NCBI GenBank assembly: GCA_965216465.1
Contig: CBDCFW010000006.1
Location: forward strand, 896,001 to 960,000
Origin: Bacteroidia bacterium
Lineage (GTDB): Bacteria > Bacteroidota > Bacteroidia > NS11-12g > UBA9320
DNA: 64,000 bases
Reading direction: 5' to 3'
Shown here in pieces: positions 58,562-64,000 of this stretch (within the stretch, counting starts at the first letter, position 1; each line of letters starts with the position of its first letter). The notes below the pieces were generated by a model. That model had not been told where the DNA came from and searched no databases. It was given only the letters and a program-made list of their open reading frames with translations. The position numbers and the translations under genes were made by a program.

Positions 58562-59554
58562 ATGAAGAAAATAATTGTATTTCTATTGCTTGCAATATCA
58601 ACGGCAAGTGCAGTGGCTCAAATAAGCACTGTAAGCGTTAATAAGCCTTTGGCATATTTCAATCCGGCATTGCAAAATTACGAAACAGAGCATGGTGTTA
58701 TTAGTGCAAGCTATGTGGTAAATCCATTCAGACAAGAAGTACCTGATGCTAACTTTTTAGTGGCAGGAGAATACCTATTCAATGAGAACTTTAGAGCTGG
58801 ATTTCATGGATCTAAAGTTGATTCACGGTTGAATTTATATAACGAGTATAAAGCCTATATGTCGTACCGCTTTGAGTTAGAGAAAGGGAACTATTTGATT
58901 CTTGGAATTGATGCCGGTTCTTTTAATGACGTTGTAAAAACAGGAGAATTCAACAAGGTTTTAAGCCCAAACGTGTTTACGTATGACGATTCTCTTTCTA
59001 AAGGAGCCGACCTAGGTTTAGGCTTTGCATACAACTACAATGGTTTCACCTTTGGGTTAGGCATGAGTAAGCTTAATGGTCCGGATGTTTTTGAGTTTCC
59101 AGAACCCTTCTTTGAACAAGTATATGAATACAACCAAGATTCATCAGCAATTATTGACTCCTCATTTCAGTTGGCAAACGATACCTTCAACATTACAACG
59201 AAAAGAAAATTTGACATAGAAACAAACATCAACATGATGTATGAATGGGAACCAAATGACAAGTTAAAGATGATCCATTCGATGCAGTTTGGAAATATCA
59301 GCTTAGAAAGCCTGGAATTTTTCTCATTCCAAAATATGGCAATAATTAATGATCGTCACTCATTGGGACTTGGGGTATTTCATAACGGAACTACAGGATT
59401 TAATGCATCAGCAGGTTACGGAATTACACCGAATATAAAACTTGAGGCGAGTGCTTTCTTTGCTCAAGATTTAAATTGGGATGCAACCGTGAACGATTAC
59501 ATTAGCAATGGTTACAAGCCTGCCTTGGAGTTCAATGCTCGTTTCGAGTTTTAA
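58562..59554 (+). CDS. PorP/SprF-like T9SS outer-membrane protein
   Basis: signal peptide, YFNPA near N-terminus, DLGLGFAY, terminal aromatic strand (RFEF). Confidence 0.6.
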   Translation: MKKIIVFLLLAISTASAVAQISTVSVNKPLAYFNPALQNYETEHGVISASYVVNPFRQEVPDANFLVAGEYLFNENFRAGFHGSKVDSRLNLYNEYKAYMSYRFELEKGNYLILGIDAGSFNDVVKTGEFNKVLSPNVFTYDDSLSKGADLGLGFAYNYNGFTFGLGMSKLNGPDVFEFPEPFFEQVYEYNQDSSAIIDSSFQLANDTFNITTKRKFDIETNINMMYEWEPNDKLKMIHSMQFGNISLESLEFFSFQNMAIINDRHSLGLGVFHNGTTGFNASAGYGITPNIKLEASAFFAQDLNWDATVNDYISNGYKPALEFNARFEF

Positions 59555-59570
59555 GAACTAATCTTCTTAG

Positions 59571-61631
59571 TTAGTAGTCAAGCAAATCTTGGATTACAGC
59601 AGCTACCTTTTCTACGTTTGGTAGCATCTCCTTCTCTAGATCAACATTTAGCGGCACTGCTGGAATGTCTAACGATCCAACAGTTTGTACCGGAGCATCA
59701 AGATGTTGGAAACATTCATTTTGAATACGCCCTGCAATGGCTTGTGCAAAAGAGTTATTTAACGTTTCTTCAGTAAGAACAATAGCCTTATTGTGTCGTT
59801 TTACAGACTCAAAAATTGCTTCATCATCGCAAGGACTTAAACTCCTAAGATCAAGGATTTCTACCTGCCCTTTAAATTGTTTTGAAGCATTGGTCGCCCA
59901 CCAAACACCCATACCATAAGTAATTATAGTTAAAGTTTCACCCATTTCAAGTCTATCGGCATCTGCGTGCTGATGTATTCTTGCTTTTCCTAGCGGGATG
60001 ATATAATCTTTATCAGGTTCGATTGTTTTTGCACCTTCAGTTCCGGGAACCTTACTCCAATAAATGCCCTTGTGCTCAAACATGATAACTGGATTTGGAT
60101 CATAAAAGGCAGCCTTCATTAATCCCTTCATATCTGCAGCATTACTTGGGTATGCTACTTTTATTCCTTTGATTGGAAGAATAGAAGATTCTACAGTTCC
60201 GCTATGGTAAGGACCGCCGCCGCCATACGCTCCAGTTGGAACACGAATTACGCTTTGAACATTGAATTTACCATTTGATAAATAATGAGTTTTAGAAAGT
60301 TCAGTAACCAACTGATTCATACCTGGCCAGATGTAGTCGGCAAATTGTACCTCAACAATAGGCTTACATCCAACCGCACTCATACCACTTGTTGACCCAA
60401 TAATGTATGCTTCTTGAATTGGGGTGTTAAACACACGATGTTTCCCGTGTTTGTCAGCTAAAGTTGCTGCCTCACGAAATACACCGCCAAGTCTGTATCC
60501 TACATCTTGTCCATAAAGCAAGGCTTCAGGGTGGTCTTTTAAAATTTCGTCTACTGCATGAAGTGCAGCATCTACCATTATTACCTTTTCAGCACCTGCT
60601 GGCTCTCTATTTCCAGACTCTTCAGTTACTGGGGTTGGAGCAATTACATGATCTGTTACACTACTGAGGTCGTGATCTTCGGCATTTACCGCCAGGTCAA
60701 ATTCGTTTTTTATGTAGGCAATTGCCTCTTTTTCAATAGCATCAATTTCTTCTTGAGTAATTCCATTATTGAGTGCTAAATCGATCGCAAATTTCAGTGG
60801 GTCAAGTTTTTGATGCTCGTCTAAGTCGTCACGATACCATTCTCTACGCACACCTGATGTGTGATGACCCAATAAAGGAACTTTTCCGTGAATCAACATG
60901 GGTTTTTGGTTCTTTCTTACCCATTTTACAGCCTTTCCGATTTCTTGGTAGCATTCATCGAAATAAGAACCATTGATGCGTATGCGTTTTAATCCTTTAA
61001 ATCCAGCACCAAATTCGTACGCATCCATGGCACGCATTTCTTCACCACTAGCAGATATTCCCCAATCATTATCTTGAACAAAATAGATGATAGGAAGCTG
61101 ATGTAAAACAGCCATCTGAAGAGCTTCAGAAACTTCACCTTCAGTCATAGAACCATCTCCAATTGAACATACTACAATTGAATCTTTTTCAGCATTCAGT
61201 TTATTAGACTTTAAGTATTGAAGACCATGAGCAATTCCTGTGGTGGGAATGGCCTGCATTCCAGTAGCACTACTTTGATGTGCCATTTTGGGCTTGTCTT
61301 CATCTAAGAGTGAAGGGTGAGAATAATACGTTCTCCCCCCCGAAAAAGGGTCGTCTTTTTTAGCAAGCAGCTGCAACATTAACTCGTGCGGCTTCATACC
61401 AACTCCTAGTAACAATGACTCGTCACGGTAGTATGGAGCCACCCAATCTGTTGATTTTAGATGATAGGCTAGGGCGAGCTGCATAGCTTCATGTCCTTTT
61501 GAAGTAGAATGCACATACGAGGTAATTTGTCTGTTCTCGTCATAGATCTCTGCCATGGCTCTGGCATTGAACATATCGGTTAACAGCCTCTTGTATAACT
61601 CGGTGTTTTTGGGTTTACTTTTTGCTTGCAC
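59571..61631 (-). CDS. fused alpha/beta 2-oxo-acid dehydrogenase E1 (branched-chain type)
   Basis: GHEA, YYRD, GDGSMTEG TPP motif, GGVFREA, TPIQE, EVQFADY; GTG start inferred. Confidence 0.9.
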   Translation of the reverse strand: MQAKSKPKNTELYKRLLTDMFNARAMAEIYDENRQITSYVHSTSKGHEAMQLALAYHLKSTDWVAPYYRDESLLLGVGMKPHELMLQLLAKKDDPFSGGRTYYSHPSLLDEDKPKMAHQSSATGMQAIPTTGIAHGLQYLKSNKLNAEKDSIVVCSIGDGSMTEGEVSEALQMAVLHQLPIIYFVQDNDWGISASGEEMRAMDAYEFGAGFKGLKRIRINGSYFDECYQEIGKAVKWVRKNQKPMLIHGKVPLLGHHTSGVRREWYRDDLDEHQKLDPLKFAIDLALNNGITQEEIDAIEKEAIAYIKNEFDLAVNAEDHDLSSVTDHVIAPTPVTEESGNREPAGAEKVIMVDAALHAVDEILKDHPEALLYGQDVGYRLGGVFREAATLADKHGKHRVFNTPIQEAYIIGSTSGMSAVGCKPIVEVQFADYIWPGMNQLVTELSKTHYLSNGKFNVQSVIRVPTGAYGGGGPYHSGTVESSILPIKGIKVAYPSNAADMKGLMKAAFYDPNPVIMFEHKGIYWSKVPGTEGAKTIEPDKDYIIPLGKARIHQHADADRLEMGETLTIITYGMGVWWATNASKQFKGQVEILDLRSLSPCDDEAIFESVKRHNKAIVLTEETLNNSFAQAIAGRIQNECFQHLDAPVQTVGSLDIPAVPLNVDLEKEMLPNVEKVAAVIQDLLDY

Positions 61632-61734
61632 TGACCTATTCTTTTTACAGTATGCAAGTTTAGGTTTAAATTTACTAATAGGAAACTTCAAAGGCTTAAT
61701 ATTATTGGCTTAACTTTGTGTAGACTGCTACAGT

Positions 61735-63732
61735 ATGTATTCATTAAATACTCCACCCATCAAATCCAGCTTGGCTGAAAGGCTTGCAAAACTTTTTAGC
61801 GGTGAAGATGGTGAAGACAATCTAAGTGATTTTAAATCATACGATAAGTATCAGGAGATAGTGAAATATCTGCCTTTTCTTGTCTACATAAAAGACAAGG
61901 AAGGTCAATACAAAATGGTTAATCAAGCCTTTTGTGATCTACTTGGAATGTCTGAACAACAGATCGTTGGGAAGAATGATGTAGACTTGGGATTGTTCTT
62001 AAACCCAGATCAGATAATTGATGCTGATAAGCAAGTGTTTAGCAGTGGTCAGAAGAAGTATATTCCACTTGAACCGTTTACGGACCGCTATGGAATGTTG
62101 TACTGGTTTCAAACCACAAAATTGCCCTTGGTAGACGAGAATGGTGATGTTAATGAGCTTCTGATTGTATCAAGTGATATTACGAAAAAAATTGAGGTAG
62201 AGCAGCGCTTAACAAAGTCTGAATTACGCTATAAATCAATCTTCGAGAATAACTATTCTGGGATTATTGTAGTAGATAACGAACTGAACATCCACAATAA
62301 AAATAAGGCGTTTAACCAGCTGATTCAATCTGCAGATAAAGGACTATCAAAAGACGACCTTAAGTTATACATAGAAGATGAAGACAAAACAGACCTGATT
62401 GACCTAATGATGGGTTTGGTTTCAAGAAACTATGAATACTTTGACTTGAACTTGTGCTTAACTACAGCTCAAGGCAACAGAGTTGATACAGTGTGTTTTG
62501 TGAGAGGTTTATATAATGATTTAGGCTCTTTTACAGAGGCGGTAATAACGTTTCAAGATATTACCGAAGAGATTAAAAGTAGAAAGGCACTTAAAGAGAG
62601 TGAGAAGCGATTTAGAATCATTGTTGAGAACGCAACAGAGGCTTTACTCTTGCTTGACTTTGAATCTAAAAACTACATCGATACCAATAAAAATGCTGAA
62701 GAGTTATTCGGTTACTCTCGCGAAGAATTGCTTGGACTTAAGCTCGGAGCATTAAGTCCGATTAATCAAACGTCTGGTAACTCAAGCACGGTCTTATCTA
62801 ATCAGTACATGAACCAGGCTGTAAATGGAGAAAATGTTGTTTACGATTGGATTGTACGAAGGAAAGACGGGAAGTTAATTCCATGCGAGGTTCGTTTGGT
62901 TAAACTTCCATATCCAGATCGAACAATCATAAGAACAAGTGTAATTGATATTACCGAACGAAAAAAAGCAGAACACCTATTAAATGCTGAAAAGCAGAAG
63001 TTAGAAGATACCAATACAGAGCTTATTGATTTAAATCACAAGCTCGAAGATCAAACAAAGCAACTGCAAGAGTTTGCTTATATCTCGTCGCATAACTTGA
63101 GATCTCCGGCAGGAAATATCAGAGCGTTACTTGACTTTTATAACAATGATCCATCTGAAGAAAATTTAGGCCTTCTGCTTGAGAAGCTCGAGGTGGTTTC
63201 AGTAGACTTGATGGACACCATAAATGACTTAGCAGATGTGGTTCGAATTAAGAATGAGATATCTAAAGAGGTAGACGAGCTTTACTTGCCAAAGATTATT
63301 GACAAAACACGAGAAAGTTTGAGTCAGCAGATCAAGAAAAGAAGTGCTAAGATTGATGTAGACCTCAATGGGTGTGAAAGAATTAAGGCCTCTAAACCAT
63401 ATATCGAAAGTATCTTCCTAAATCTTATATCTAACGCCCTAAAATACACAGACAATGATAGACAACCTCACATTGTAATCTCGGCTAAGATTGAAGAGAA
63501 TAAATTCATCCTTTCTTTCAAAGACAATGGATTGGGAATTGATCTTGAGAAATATGGAAGTAAGATGTTTGGGCTAAGAAAAACATTCCACCGCAATAGA
63601 GACTCACGTGGGGTCGGACTGTTTATAACAAAGGCTCAAATTGAATCGATGGGTGGAGATATTCGTGTAGAAAGTGAGCCTAATGTGGGCAGTGATTTTA
63701 TAATAACATTACCGAAAGAGATTGTAATATGA
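61735..63732 (+). CDS. cytoplasmic multi-PAS sensor histidine kinase
   Basis: three PAS domains; SHNLRSP H-box; NLISNALKY, DNGLGI, GVGLF. Confidence 0.93.
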   Translation: MYSLNTPPIKSSLAERLAKLFSGEDGEDNLSDFKSYDKYQEIVKYLPFLVYIKDKEGQYKMVNQAFCDLLGMSEQQIVGKNDVDLGLFLNPDQIIDADKQVFSSGQKKYIPLEPFTDRYGMLYWFQTTKLPLVDENGDVNELLIVSSDITKKIEVEQRLTKSELRYKSIFENNYSGIIVVDNELNIHNKNKAFNQLIQSADKGLSKDDLKLYIEDEDKTDLIDLMMGLVSRNYEYFDLNLCLTTAQGNRVDTVCFVRGLYNDLGSFTEAVITFQDITEEIKSRKALKESEKRFRIIVENATEALLLLDFESKNYIDTNKNAEELFGYSREELLGLKLGALSPINQTSGNSSTVLSNQYMNQAVNGENVVYDWIVRRKDGKLIPCEVRLVKLPYPDRTIIRTSVIDITERKKAEHLLNAEKQKLEDTNTELIDLNHKLEDQTKQLQEFAYISSHNLRSPAGNIRALLDFYNNDPSEENLGLLLEKLEVVSVDLMDTINDLADVVRIKNEISKEVDELYLPKIIDKTRESLSQQIKKRSAKIDVDLNGCERIKASKPYIESIFLNLISNALKYTDNDRQPHIVISAKIEENKFILSFKDNGLGIDLEKYGSKMFGLRKTFHRNRDSRGVGLFITKAQIESMGGDIRVESEPNVGSDFIITLPKEIVI

Positions 63733-64000
63733 TACCTAAAGTAGCAATAGTGGATGATGACAGCATTTTTCAATTTACAACTAAAGTGAAAATTGAGAAG
63801 TTGCAATTGGCCGAAGCTGTAATCATATTTAACGACGGCGAAGAGGTTTTCGAATTCCTTCGCGACGAGCCTGAGTCTCAATTACCAAATATAATTTTGT
63901 TGGATATTAACATGCCTTTGGTTGATGGCTGGGATTTCTTAGAACTCTACACCAAAATTCCTGAAGATAAGCGCAATCGCATGAAGATTTTCATGTTGAG
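63729..64000 (+). CDS. response regulator receiver (truncated by window end)
   Basis: ATG overlaps the kinase stop; IVDDD, NDGEE, IILLDINMPLVDGWDFL. Confidence 0.9.
   Translation, partial: MIPKVAIVDDDSIFQFTTKVKIEKLQLAEAVIIFNDGEEVFEFLRDEPESQLPNIILLDINMPLVDGWDFLELYTKIPEDKRNRMKIFML

Overview
AT-rich, gene-dense chromosomal window from a Bacteroidota bacterium. The assignment rests on T9SS cargo with C-terminal sorting domains, a PorP/SprF protein, TAnnTTTG promoters and a flavobacterial crt cluster; it is probably an aquatic Flavobacteriales-like genome or MAG. Housekeeping genes include tdk, comEC, tatD, panD, radA, xth, menB, acs, ptrB and a fused 2-oxo-acid dehydrogenase E1. The window also holds tRNA-Ser(GGA), an ExbB/ExbD operon, a crtI-crtB-orf-crtZ-crtY cluster and a mobile-mystery A/B (XRE+Fic) pair. 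Five features stand out. (1) A structured 3 x 102-bp tandem array sits directly behind tRNA-Ser and can form an alternative fold with the tRNA terminator. (2) An ECF sigma / anti-sigma-beta-barrel / T9SS-cargo operon has a candidate promoter (TGCAACC-N16-GACYAAT) that recurs with identical spacing before a second T9SS PKD gene 5 kb away. (3) A TetR-paaA-B-C-D phenylacetyl-CoA epoxidase operon carries a PaaR-type operator and is interleaved with two T9SS PCMD-like paralogues and a di-haem peroxidase. (4) The mobile-mystery promoter contains a 25-bp direct repeat. (5) A 2.1-kb patch (28.9-31.0 kb) has about 12 extra bases breaking three genes, most likely a sequencing artefact. All family assignments come from motif recognition by eye; no database searches were run.
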